Shown in pieces: positions 38,341-50,045 of a DNA stretch of 64,000 bases. Source of the stretch: Narcine bancroftii (lineage: Eukaryota). The translations under genes were made by a program, and so were the position numbers. The DNA is taken from assembly GCF_036971445.1 (NCBI RefSeq), contig NC_091480.1:3906001-3970000 (forward strand), written 5' to 3'. Within the stretch, counting starts at the first letter, position 1. The number at the start of each line of letters is the position of its first letter. Below the pieces are notes generated by a model. It had not been told where the DNA came from, did no database searches, and saw nothing but the letters and a program-made list of their open reading frames with translations.

Positions 38341-40429
38341 GCTCAGTGCTGAGCCAATCTGGAAGATGCCAGGGCCCTGTTATCTGTGGCACATTATGCA
38401 GTGAGAAGCCAACTGGAAAGGGTACAAGTTGTGACAAAAACACAGTCCCTCCAAATTGCTGTGCGCAGAATTTCAAGATGGGATCAGTTCAGCTGGATGC
38501 ATGTTCGTTACATTTATGTTGTGCTTTTGGGTACTGTAAAATGTTGCCAAAAATTAATTAAAATAAGTGATTTCAAACTCCTCAAGTCCTGAGTCTGCAG
38601 CCTAATCAGGAATGCTGGTTCCATTACTTGGTTTTTCACAAAACCAATGACGTGGGTCAGATTATTTTTCTGAGACTGAGAAGGATGGGTAACACAATAG
38701 TTGGAAGGGGTATTGAACAAATTATTTTAAAGATAGTGATTTGAATTGATCAGTGACCATATCACCATTCCACATTCCTGCACCAATAAAACAAGTCTAT
38801 ACAGGATTCAGCACGTCACAGTGAACATGAAGGATCAAAGCAATATTTATTCCCTGGTTGTCAGGCAAGTCGATGCTTAGATTAGCTCTGGTGACGAAAC
38901 AGTACACAAACCAGTATCAGAATTTTCTTTTAAAAACAGATTGAGCTAAATCTCACATTGGTTTTCAATTGTCGGGACAGTACATTGATAAGACTATTTG
39001 CATTTAAGATATTTTGTACATTTTAACAGTATCATCTTCTTCATGGGTAGTGAGTGCGAGTTAATGCATTCTCCATAAAGAAATCAACATTTATCCTGCT
39101 TCCCTCTCAGTTACCTACTATATACAGACACAATCTATTGACTTTACAAAATTGAGAAGCTCTCAAGTGATTCCACTGAATGCACTGGTTGTCCAACTCC
39201 AGCACAAATCTGCCTTCATTCTATAAAAAATAACTTTCTACTGTAAAGGATAGAAAATTCAAAATATACATCGATTTACACCAGATACAATGCAGCAAAG
39301 TTTACAAGCAGACAGCAGTGGGTTGCAGGAGGCACTGGGAGAACTGAACTGAAACACCCAAGGACCTCATCCTGAACAGCACATCTTTGCAGAAGGTTGA
39401 AGAAAACAGTGAAAGGAGGCTCATCCCAGCAGCAGCTGCTGCTCCAAACAGAACCACAAAGTGCCCTCATCCACACAGATGCAGTGTACTACAATCTGGA
39501 ACTTCCCTCCCCTCTCACAACCACAAGATGGAGAGGCCCTGAGCAACAGTTTACCGCAATGCTACATGGGAGAGGACTCAGCGGAACCAAGTTGTGCAGT
39601 TTTGAATCAGTAACGTGCACTCGCGATACCAGTGGCAACTTGCAGCCTGCAGCTCTCCCACCCCCTTGCCTGAACATAGACCTCCACTACCAAAGAACTG
39701 GGTCTCAGCTGTTGGGTTTTAATTCCTCATGTGTTAACTTACAGAAATAAAAGATTAGGCGATTAAATAATAAATAAATATTTTGTTGCTGGGACCCTAG
39801 TTCATTTGCCCAGCCCTTAGATTTAATGAAAGGTAAGATACAGGAACAAGAACAATGTCACTGAGCATCACCAGTCATGTTAAACAACTAACATCAGGTG
39901 CAACAATGGTTGGGCAAAATTCACGAGCAGATGTGGAAACACCTGGTGTCAGTGGGCAAACTTTGTACAAAGCAGTTAGTGTTACAGTGAGTGGTGTGAC
40001 ATCATTGGAATGCAGCATGTGGTGATTGGAGGGAACATTTCAGAACTAACCTTGTGGAACTTGTGTTCACTGAGAAAGGGAATGTGGCGGGTTGTTTCCC
40101 TGAATCACTGAAGTTGCATCATTTCAAAGGCCTCTCCCGACAGACCTGGGATGAGCTCAATACACCAGTCCTTGGAGCAAACATGGTCATCGATCAAGCC
40201 ACAAAGTCAGTCCAGTACACCGTGCAGGTCCTGCAGTACAGATTGGTGACTGGATTTCTTGCAAAGACTGAGGAACATTATTTTAAAACTTAAAACTCAT
40301 ACAGCAAGGAGACAAGAGGGCCAGTTGAGCTAAGACAATGTACTGAGATAGATTACTGATCCTAAACCTGGGAATCACATTCTAGTTACAAGGTGTGACC
40401 ATTGAGCTGTGGTGACCCAACACAGTGCA

Positions 40430-40850
40430 AGTAAAAACACAACGCTGGAGAAACTCAGCAGGTCAAACAGTGTAATTTATAGAGCAAAGATAAAGATACA
40501 GAACCAACGTTTCGGGCTTGAGCCCTTCATCAAGGTCTGGAAAAATTCCAGCAGGCAACATCTCACTTCCATCAAATCAAAAGAGTAGCCATGGCTTTAC
40601 TTCCATGTACTACAAAACTCAGAAATCTCTTCGAGGGATGCCTACCCTTAAATTCTCCTTTGATCTCCATAGGGAGTTCGATGGGATTTTCTCACTGCTC
40701 CCTATCTATAATCCCTGCTGGTCTCAAGATCTCCCATACCCACCATGTTGTTTGGGTGCCTGCCCATACCTTGATGAAGGACTGAGTTTCTCCAGCCTGT
40801 ATCTTTACTTCAGTGATGGTGTCTGCAGATTTTCGTGTTTCACTTCTGAC
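40430..40850. mobile_element. Penelope-associated non-autonomous element with inverted arms and hammerhead-like motif
   Basis: Left arm gtaaaaacacaacgctggagaaactcag...gagcccttcatcaagg; right arm ccttgatgaagg...ctgagtttctccagc in the opposite orientation. Same family as 5387-5530, 16790-16900 and 59445-59687. Confidence 0.7.
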
Positions 40851-41327
40851 AACACAAGTAGGCTGTATTTGAGAAAAGAAAACTGGAGCCAGCCAGCCTT
40901 GTACAGGATTTTACAAGCTCCCATTTGATGACTTGCTGCTCCATGTTCAATGGAGTCCCACGGAGAGCCCAGAGTGAATGGAATATCACTCCACAAACAC
41001 TGAGCCGTCTTCTGTGATGGCACTGATGCTCCCTTCACCCCCATCAATAATGTGCTACCTCCCATCGCTGAATATTAATGACACGATGTACCATTACTGA
41101 CCTGTTGTCCGCTCTCTGTGATCCTCACACAAGAACACATAACCTGCAAGAAATTACCAACTGCCTTTCGGATCTTGGCACTCGGACAGGAAGACTAAGT
41201 GAGGCTGTGTGGGATTTACACAGGTCCGTGGTTCAAGAGTAAGGACAAAGAATTCTGCAGCCAAATTGCCTCAGGATTTACACACACATGACAGAAGAGC
41301 TACTGTTTGCACACTGGTCCCAGGCAG

Positions 41328-41459
41328 CTAGGAATGTGCCTCAGCTTGCTTGATCTCTAAAATTGCTGGGTTTGTTTCCATGATTGCTACAACAATTCGG
41401 TCAATGTAATCCTGCAACCTGTAGTTTATCTCCTCTTGTTTCTGAATAGCATCCATGAG
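41328..41459 (-). CDS. RAB11FIP3: Rab11 family-interacting protein 3, last exon (FIP-RBD)
   Basis: LMDAIQKQEEINYRLQDYIDRIVVAIMETNPAILEIKQAEAHS-stop. YID Rab11-binding motif; closer to FIP3 than FIP4. Confidence 0.93.
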   Translation of the reverse strand, partial: LMDAIQKQEEINYRLQDYIDRIVVAIMETNPAILEIKQAEAHS

Positions 41460-42579
41460 CTGTAAGAAAAGAGAAATTTTAAACAAAGCACCCAGACAAT
41501 TTGCCCCAGGTATATACCCTGTGACAGAGGTGCTGGTGGAGGCAGGTACGTGCAATGTTTAAAAGACATTTTGACATGTATTTGGATGGGAGTAGGGGGA
41601 ATTCAGGACCAATGTACAAATGGGATTACCACAGACAAACCTAGCAGTCTGAGGGGCTCATTCCTGTGACATGCTGCCATGTCCTGTTGTCCGACTAGGT
41701 CAGAGTTAGACTTCAATAATACCATTTGAGTCATGGGCAAAGACTAAACGTTGTTTTATAGAAAGGGGGGGTGGAGACAAGGATAGCGCTAATGACAAGA
41801 GACGATAGTTTAGGGAGAAACTCCAGGATAGTGTTGCCTCCTAGGTGCCAGGGTCAAGGAAGTCTCTGAGCAGTTCCAGAACATTCTCTGGTAGTATGTG
41901 AGTGAGCAGCCAGAGAATTTTGTATATACAAATAGAAGGTAGGCTAAAGGCTTAAAAAAAAGGACCTCAAGGGTTGCACCGAGTGCCATGTGCTAGTGAG
42001 GGCAGAATAGGATAGGGCTGAGGGAGGGATTCAGGTTTTGGGACCACTGAAATCTCTTCTGGGTCAGAGTACAAGAGGGACTGGTTCAATGCCCTGGCGG
42101 GGTAATACGTTAGTGCTACTTGAGAAGGTTTCAAGTGGTCTTGCCAGGGGTTGGACACAACTACTAGTGTCGCAGATGATAAAGCTAAGCAAATATAGTT
42201 AAAGCAAGCAACTTCATTTGGACAGGGAGTGAAGGGAGTCTAAACAGCTCCAGCCCCATGCCCATGTGTCAATGGTAAACATGATGCTCAAACTAATTGT
42301 AAGGAGAGTTGAAACTAAGGGCGTTTATTTAAGCTCAGTGGGAATAAATTTTCCACACGGTGGGTGTGGAATGAGCTGCTAAAGGTGGGTGAGAGAGGTG
42401 GGTACAGTTAAAATGTTTCACGAGGTCATGATTAGGAAAGGTTTCGAGAGATACTAGTCAAACAAGGAGCTTGGGTTGAAAATTTGGCTGGCGTGTCGAA
42501 GTTCGACTGAAGGGTCTATTTCTATGTGATAAAACCCTTCGACAGTTGTTTAAGGGCCGTAAGTTAAACACCAACTTAC

Positions 42580-42720
42580 TTCATCCCTGGAAACAGAGCT
42601 AATTTCTGCAGCCAACGATTCTGTGATGGAGGCTGTATAAAGACTCTTTGCTCCTTGAATACTCAGGTTAATGATCTGCCCATTCAGCTCATCATTCTGT
42701 TCCTTCAGATTCCGGTTATC
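42580..42720 (-). CDS. RAB11FIP3: RAB11FIP3 exon
   Basis: DNRNLKEQNDELNGQIINLSIQGAKSLYTASITESLAAEISSVSRDE, 141 nt. Confidence 0.93.
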
Positions 42721-42803
42721 CTAGATTGTGTGAGAGGCAATGGATTAATACTGCTGACTGAATGGGAGACCCAGGGAGGGGTAGAAACTTCAGCCACGTG
42801 TAC

Positions 42804-42959
42804 CTGTTTGAGGCGTTTAATCTCATGCTCCAGTTCAGCCTCTCGATTGCGGCAGTTGTATTCTTGCAGCCCGAGGCTGTTCGACCGTCCACGCAACCTC
42901 TCTGCTTCCAGTTTGAAAAGTTGCAGCTGCTCTAGTTGTTTGCGCAGATCTTCAATAAG
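42804..42959 (-). CDS. RAB11FIP3: RAB11FIP3 exon
   Basis: LIEDLRKQLEQLQLFKLEAERLRGRSNSLGLQEYNCRNREAELEHEIKRLKQ, 156 nt. Confidence 0.93.
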
Positions 42960-43119
42960 CTGTGATCCAAGAGAGAAAAGAGTCAGGAGAGGTAGAGATT
43001 CTGATGGGAATCTGGACAGTCAGGAAGCACAGATGAGACACCACTCGAGCCCAAAGTTCTCTCACTGAGAGAGGGATGAGACAGGGAGAACAGGAAGAGA
43101 AAGAACAAAAATATCTCAC

Positions 43120-43257
43120 CTCTTGAGTGGTTTCCTTTTCCTTTTGGAATTGGTATTTCTTGTGCAAGAGTTTATCTGACAACTTCTGGTTGTTCTCTTG
43201 CTCCTCCTTTAACTTCTGAATCAGATTGTCCATTTCATCTAATAGTTTCCGCTTCTC
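43120..43257 (-). CDS. RAB11FIP3: RAB11FIP3 exon
   Basis: EKRKLLDEMDNLIQKLKEEQENNQKLSDKLLHKKYQFQKEKETTQE, 138 nt. Confidence 0.92.
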
Positions 43258-43868
43258 CTGAATGGTAAGCCAATACAACAGTAAGCCCAGGGAGTGTGCA
43301 CCCCTCCCAATCACCAACCTTCCCTTCACACAGTCACCACACAAGGCAGAAAGAGGTCCCACCTCCCCAACCCCTTCTGCAAGTGCAAACTCCCCATCAG
43401 GTAAATTCCCATCTCCCATCACGTTGGTCAGGAGGCCAGGCCTGTCAGCAACAAGAGCTCAATGAACACTGAGCAATGCAGACTGATGAAATTAAAATAC
43501 TAGTTATGTTACTGAACTCGTGATGCAGAAGCCAGGAATCATGACCTGGAGACCTAAGGAATTTAAATTCAATTAATTGAATCTAATTGGACTGTAATAA
43601 TGGCTGTAAGACTTCAAATGGAAATCTCTGATGTTTTTCAGGGAAAGGGAGGGAGCTGTTGCAGGACCTAGACTAAATGTGGCCGATTCAAAATTGCTCT
43701 TTAAAGCCTAGCTCGGGGACAGGTTGGTGTGGCCATACACAACACAAACATCCTTGCAACAAGTTGATGTACTGGTGACAGTATAAGTGGATGATGTGCG
43801 TGAGAAATGCATGTTATTTTCACTCTGCTTGGAGTAAAATGTACAAAGAAAGGGAGATATGAAAGTAC

Positions 43869-43950
43869 CTCTTCCATCCTCTCAACATTGGCTCGAAGGC
43901 AGGGAATGCATGCGCGCAGCTCACTGTTCTCCTCATCCAGCTGCTGCAAC
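43869..43950 (-). CDS. RAB11FIP3: RAB11FIP3 exon
   Basis: LQQLDEENSELRACIPCLRANVERMEE, 82 nt. Confidence 0.93.
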
Positions 43951-44288
43951 CTGCAAGCAATCCATACACAAACATCACCCTTAATTCAATGACAAAGGCT
44001 CCAATTATGTTCACTCCACCACTACCCACTTCACGATTCAGGTAGCAAGCTAGTGAGGACTAACACAGATGCGTGCACACCCCACGCGCACACACACAGA
44101 CATGCTGAACTCCAGCGAGATTCCAGATCGACTTTAAAGATCAATTACTTTTCTGATTGATAAGTTGGACCCAGTTCTGGTTGCCCATCTTCAGAAAGGG
44201 CATCCATAAATTGAAAAGGTTGTAATGGAGATTCACCAGGATATTGTCAAGACCAGAGGGGCTGAATTATAAGAGGTTAGAGAGGCTT

Positions 44289-45709
44289 CCCAAGAGCGAA
44301 GGAGGTCCCAAGAGCGAAGGAGGTCCCAAGAGCGAAGGAGGTCCCAAGAGCGAAGGAGGTCCCAAGAGCGAAGGAGGTCCCAAGAGCGAAGGAGGTCCCA
44401 AGAGCGAAGGAGGTCCCAAGAGCGAAGGAGGTCCCAAGAGCGAAGGAGGTCCCAAGAGCGAAGGAGGTCCCAAGAGCGAAGGAGGTCCCAAGAGCGAAGG
44501 AGGTCCCAAGAGCGAAGGAGGTCCCAAGAGCGAAGGAGGTCCCAAGAGCGAAGGAGGTCCCAAGAGCGAAGGAGGTCCCAAGAGCGAAGGAGGTCCCAAG
44601 AGCGAAGGAGGTCCCAAGAGCGAAGGAGGTCCCAAGAGCGAAGGAGGTCCCAAGAGCGAAGGAGGTCCCAAGAGCGAAGGAGGTCCCAAGAGCGAAGGAG
44701 GTCCCAAGAGCGAAGGAGGTCCCAAGAGCGAAGGAGGTCCCAAGAGCGAAGGAGGTCCCAAGAGCGAAGGAGGTCCCAAGAGCGAAGGAGGTCCCAAGAG
44801 CGAAGGAGGTCCCAAGAGCGAAGGAGGTCCCAAGAGCGAAGGAGGTCCCAAGAGCGAAGGAGGTCCCAAGAGCGAAGGAGGTCCCAAGAGCGAAGGAGGT
44901 CCCAAGAGCGAAGGAGGTCCCAAGAGCGAAGGAGGTCCCAAGAGCGAAGGAGGTCCCAAGAGCGAAGGAGGTCCCAAGAGCGAAGGAGGTCCCAAGAGCG
45001 AAGGAGGTCCCAAGAGCGAAGGAGGTCCCAAGAGCGAAGGAGGTCCCAAGAGCGAAGGAGGTCCCAAGAGCGAAGGAGGTCCCAAGAGCGAAGGAGGTCC
45101 CAAGAGCGAAGGAGGTCCCAAGAGCGAAGGAGGTCCCAAGAGCGAAGGAGGTCCCAAGAGCGAAGGAGGTCCCAAGAGCGAAGGAGGTCCCAAGAGCGAA
45201 GGAGGTCCCAAGAGCGAAGGAGGTCCCAAGAGCGAAGGAGGTCCCAAGAGCGAAGGAGGTCCCAAGAGCGAAGGAGGTCCCAAGAGCGAAGGAGGTCCCA
45301 AGAGCGAAGGAGGTCCCAAGAGCGAAGGAGGTCCCAAGAGCGAAGGAGGTCCCAAGAGCGAAGGAGGTCCCAAGAGCGAAGGAGGTCCCAAGAGCGAAGG
45401 AGGTCCCAAGAGCGAAGGAGGTCCCAAGAGCGAAGGAGGTCCCAAGAGCGAAGGAGGTCCCAAGAGCGAAGGAGGTCCCAAGAGCGAAGGAGGTCCCAAG
45501 AGCGAAGGAGGTCCCAAGAGCGAAGGAGGTCCCAAGAGCGAAGGAGGTCCCAAGAGCGAAGGAGGTCCCAAGAGCGAAGGAGGTCCCAAGAGCGAAGGAG
45601 GTCCCAAGAGCGAAGGAGGTCCCAAGAGCGAAGGAGGTCCCAAGAGCGAAGGAGGTCCCAAGAGCGAAGGAGGTCCCAAGAGCGAAGGAGGTCCCAAGAG
45701 CGAAGGAGG
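44289..45709. repeat. 18-bp minisatellite (CCCAAGAGCGAAGGAGGT) x about 79, inside a CR1 fragment
   Basis: Invariant 18-bp unit over 1421 bp; the flanks (about 44170-44288 and 45710-46045) continue a CR1 3' sequence. Confidence 0.98.
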
Positions 45710-48398
45710 CTGAGGGGTGATCTTCCAATGATTTATAAAATCATGGGACATGGATAAAGTGAATGCTCGGTCTCTCCCTCAGCCCTCCCCCCTCCAGAAC
45801 AGATGGTTCTATAATTAGAGGGCACAGGTTTGAGGGGAGTGATTTGAGGGACACGAGGGGGCAACTCAGAGCTGCCAGAGGAAAGTGTAGGAGTGGGAAC
45901 AATACCAATACAAAAGACACATGGACAGATGAATGGATAGGAAGGGGCTGGTAGGATGTAGACCAAATACAGGCAAATGGGACTAGCCAAGACTGCCAAC
46001 AGTCAACATGGACATTGAGCCAAAGGGCCTGTTGCTGCTGTACTTCTCAAATTGGAATAAAAATCTGTTATCGAGTACCAATGTACTCAGCATCTCAGAT
46101 TACTGGAGCTTCAACATACCTCCCCATTTTAAACTCCAACAACAATGAGCTGTCACTGCACCTGCCTACCACTGTTCTGCAATTCATGGACTGGAACACC
46201 TCAACCCCTCTGAACTCTACTCACTGTCAGTATCTCTCCGTTTAGACAATAGTCTGCATTTGATTCCTCTGACATGATCTCACACTTTCTAACATTTAAA
46301 CTCTTGCTGCCAAGTGTCTACCCACTCACTCACTCACCCACCCATCACATCACCTTGGCATGTGGCAGTCACCTCATCCCCCATCTCATTGGCAAATGTC
46401 ATTTCTGCCCTCCTCCAGGACACTGATGGAAATAGTGACCCAGGTCCAAGACTCAATCCTTGGCGTTCTCACTGGCTCCCTCCCTCAAGCCTGAGACACC
46501 CATTTATTCCGACTCTTTTCTCTGTGATATCAGTCTACAATCCAGGATGACTCACTACTGTGAGCTCGTCCTGTGTGAAAACTTGTCAAATGCCATTTGG
46601 AAATCCAAACAGACATCTCTTAACTCTGCTTGTTATATCCAAAATTATCAAACACAATTTCCTTTTCTTAAAACCACGCTGACTTGGTTTGATTATGATC
46701 AGATTTAAGTGACTAACTATTCTGTCCTTGATTGTAGACTCCACATTTTGCCAAATGTTATCTGGATGATAGTTTCCCCTCCCTTCGAGAAGAGCAGCAT
46801 GTTTGCTGACTTCCAGTCTGTTCCAACCCACCTTGCATTCAGTGAGCTTAACAAAAAGAAACCAATTGGAGCCAAAGTTTAAAGATTTCTTGTCAGAGTG
46901 CATACATAACATCATATACAACCCTGAGATTCTTTTTCCTGTGGGAGAGGCAGAACCACCACTCATTGGAAATGCAAAAAACTGTGCAGAAAGGAGAGAA
47001 AAGTAACCTGGGGATTGTCTGCCTTTCGTCCCATTAGTTCTCCCCCTAGTACCTTATCCCTCATGTTTGGATTGCTCCAAGTTCTTCCATGTTGTTTGAA
47101 CTTAACCCTACTGTTACCTTTGGGATAAATGCAGCATCCTCCACTGTAAAGACTGATATTGGATTACCATATCTGCCATTTCCTGTTATTAATTCACCAT
47201 TTCATTCTCTTACCATCCCACTAAGCTAGTTACCTTATTGTTTACAAACTTACTGCATTCCTATTACTTGCAAGCTCTCTATTTTCTCCTTGTTAGTTTT
47301 TTAGTCTCTTAACCATTGGAAAATCACAGATGGCTCATATTTCGCAAAGCATCCCTCTTTCTAATTTGGACAAGTGTCCGCTGACCACCATGATGTAGAT
47401 GTTTAAATATCTGCCCATCCACTGACCTATCCTTTAACCTGTTTACCCAGCCCATTCCAGACCTTCACACCTCTGTAACTGCCCCAGGTTGAGGACCTAG
47501 TTTTGGTTCCAAGCCCTCACCCGTCAGGAAATCGACCTGCTAATGACGTATCTGCAGTCAAAAGGCCTGGTAAAGCCAAGAGAGAGTTAACTCTTGAATA
47601 ACTATTGGGCAGAATCACTGCTCATCTCACATCACATGGTCATGCTGAAAAATAATAGCATAAAGGAGCCCTTTAATTGAAATACAGCAGAATCAGTGGA
47701 GAAGTGGCTAATATTTCAGATAATGACCCATTCAAACAGGAAAAGTGAGAGAATGTATTTTAAGTTGCAGATGGTCTGCACAGTTAGCACAATGCCTTTC
47801 AGGACTGGTGTTCGAATCCTGCGCTCTCTGTAAGGAATTTGTACGTTCTCCCCGGTGATTCCGTTCCTCCCACCATTCAAAACTTACCACGGGTGTAGGA
47901 TAATTGGGTGTAAATTGGGCAGCACGGACTCGTGGGCTAAAATGGCCCGTTACCCTGCTGCATGTCTAAATTAAATTACATTTTTTAAATTTAGAAAAGA
48001 AAGGGAACAGAAGGAATGTCTGCAATCCAGGTGGGTCCAGGTTACACAGTTGTCTATTTAATAGAAGAATGAGGACAGTTGGAGAGAGGAGGAAAAATTC
48101 ACGCTGCAATGGAGAGAGGTAGAACGTGCAGCATACATGGAGGGTAAAATGCGTTAATGTAACAGGTGAATACACCAGGTCCAGTTAGCTCTAGAACAAT
48201 CAGGAAAGGCTGGTTATCTGAAATTGTTAGGCCCTTTCATGCCAGGTCTCTGCCTGGAGACCGGCTACAAGCGCAGAGGGAAAAACATAAAACTCATCTC
48301 TCACGAGCAGCCCTAAAGCTGCTCCAGCGTCGCATTCATGTCGAGCGGCCCTCGTAGCGCCCCTCCGGTGCTGTAGTGCCACCCATCATGAATACGTT

Positions 48399-48517
48399 GC
48401 AGAGCAATGGCTCTCTTCCCTACCCATATCCCCCACACAGCTGGAACCACTCTGTTTCCCAAGAACAGTTCCAGCTGTATGGGGGATTATGGGTAGGGAA
48501 GACGGCCATCGCTCTGC
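48399..48517. repeat. Inverted repeat, about 50-bp arms
   Basis: 48399-48447 is the near reverse complement of 48468-48517. Confidence 0.85.
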
Positions 48518-48879
48518 CACATTTTGAGCTGCAGAGCGGCCCTGAAGGCTGAAAGCAGCCCAGTGTGGCTGTCACAGCATACACCAGCCACTGCCGTGAT
48601 GGACCCCACCAGCCGCCACTACCTGGATGGCCCCTGCCTTGAGGGGGTCATGGAGGGAGTGGGGAGATGGGTCGCGGGCACATTCAGAAAAGTAAGTGTC
48701 TCGTTGCAAGAGTGGAGGACCTCTGCCTTTACAGTTGGGCATTTTACTTGCTTGAAAGTGCCTGTTGAATAAAGTCTCGATAGGCAGCTAGACAGGTAGT
48801 TCAAGCTTAAGTGAGCTTTGTTGTAATGGTGTTGAAACCCAAAGCCAAAGAGGTCAGGGTGGGAATGGGACCCTGCTAC

Positions 48880-50045
48880 AGCAATTGAGGCATCTCACTG
48901 GCTCTACACAAAGCCCTGGAACAACTGAACAGATGCTTTTCATCGACTACAGTTTGGTATTTAACACCATCATCCCCTCCAAACCGATCAGCAAACTCCA
49001 AGACCTGGGAGTTCATACCCCTCTGTGTCATTAGATCACAGATTTCCTCACCTCCAGACTATAATCAGTGAAGATTGGTAAGAACTTCTCCACAATTTCC
49101 ATCAGTACTGGAGCATCACAGGGCTGTGTTCTTAGCCTCCTGCTCTGCTCACTTTATACCTACGACTGTGTAGCTTGGTACGACAATAACACCATCTACA
49201 AATTTGCTGACGATACCACGGTAGTGGGTTGTATAAAGGCAGGGGATGAGTCAACATACAGGATGGAGATTGAAAATTTGGCTGACTGGTGCACCAACAA
49301 CTAAGGAGCTGATTTTGACTTCAGGAAAGGAAAGCCAGATGTGTACAATCCAGTGATCATTGGGGGATCAGGGGTGGAGAGGGTGAGCAAATTTAAGTTC
49401 GGTGGCCGGGGGGGGGGGGGGGGTCACAATCTTGGATGATATTTCCTGGACCCAACACATCAATGCCATTATGAAAAAAGCACATCAGTGCCTCTACTTA
49501 CTCAGGAGTTTGCGGAGGTTTGTATGATACAGAAACCCTGGGAAATTTCTACAAAGATGTGGTGGAAAGTGTGCTGACCGCCTGCATTACGGTCAGGTAT
49601 GGGGACACAAATACCCCTTAGCATAAAGCCTTTCAAAAGGTAGTTGACACAGCCAGGACATCACAGGCAAAGCCCTCCCCACTATTGACAGGGAACGCTG
49701 CCATTGGAGGGCAGCAGCGATCATCAAAGACCCACACCACCCAGCACACACTCTGTTCTCGCTGCTGCCATCAGGAAGGACACAACTCGAACCACCAGGT
49801 TCAGGAACAGCTGCCTCCCCTCCACCATCAGACTCTTCAATAACAAACTCAATCAGGGTCTGGTTTAAGGACTCTTGCTGATTTTCTTTTGTTCTCTCTG
49901 TATTGCAGTCTATTTACATTCGTTATCTGTTTATAGTTCTTTGCTTACATGTTTACGCTGTGGAGTTTATTTTTTGCACCACCAATTAGTGGTAATTCTT
50001 CCTGGCAGGAAACAGGGATCTCAGGGTTGTACTCTGACAATAAAT
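48880..50045 (+). mobile_element. Rex1/Babar LINE RT-to-3'-end fragment
   Basis: TGASQGCVLS, LYTYDCVA, IYKFADDTTVVG, KKAHQCLYLLRSLRRF; frameshifted. Confidence 0.88.

Noticed and set aside
44244-45751. 483-494 aa ORFs (PKSEGG)n, (LLGPPS)n, (SFALGT)n
   Set aside because: Translations of an 18-bp minisatellite inside an intronic CR1; no exon context.
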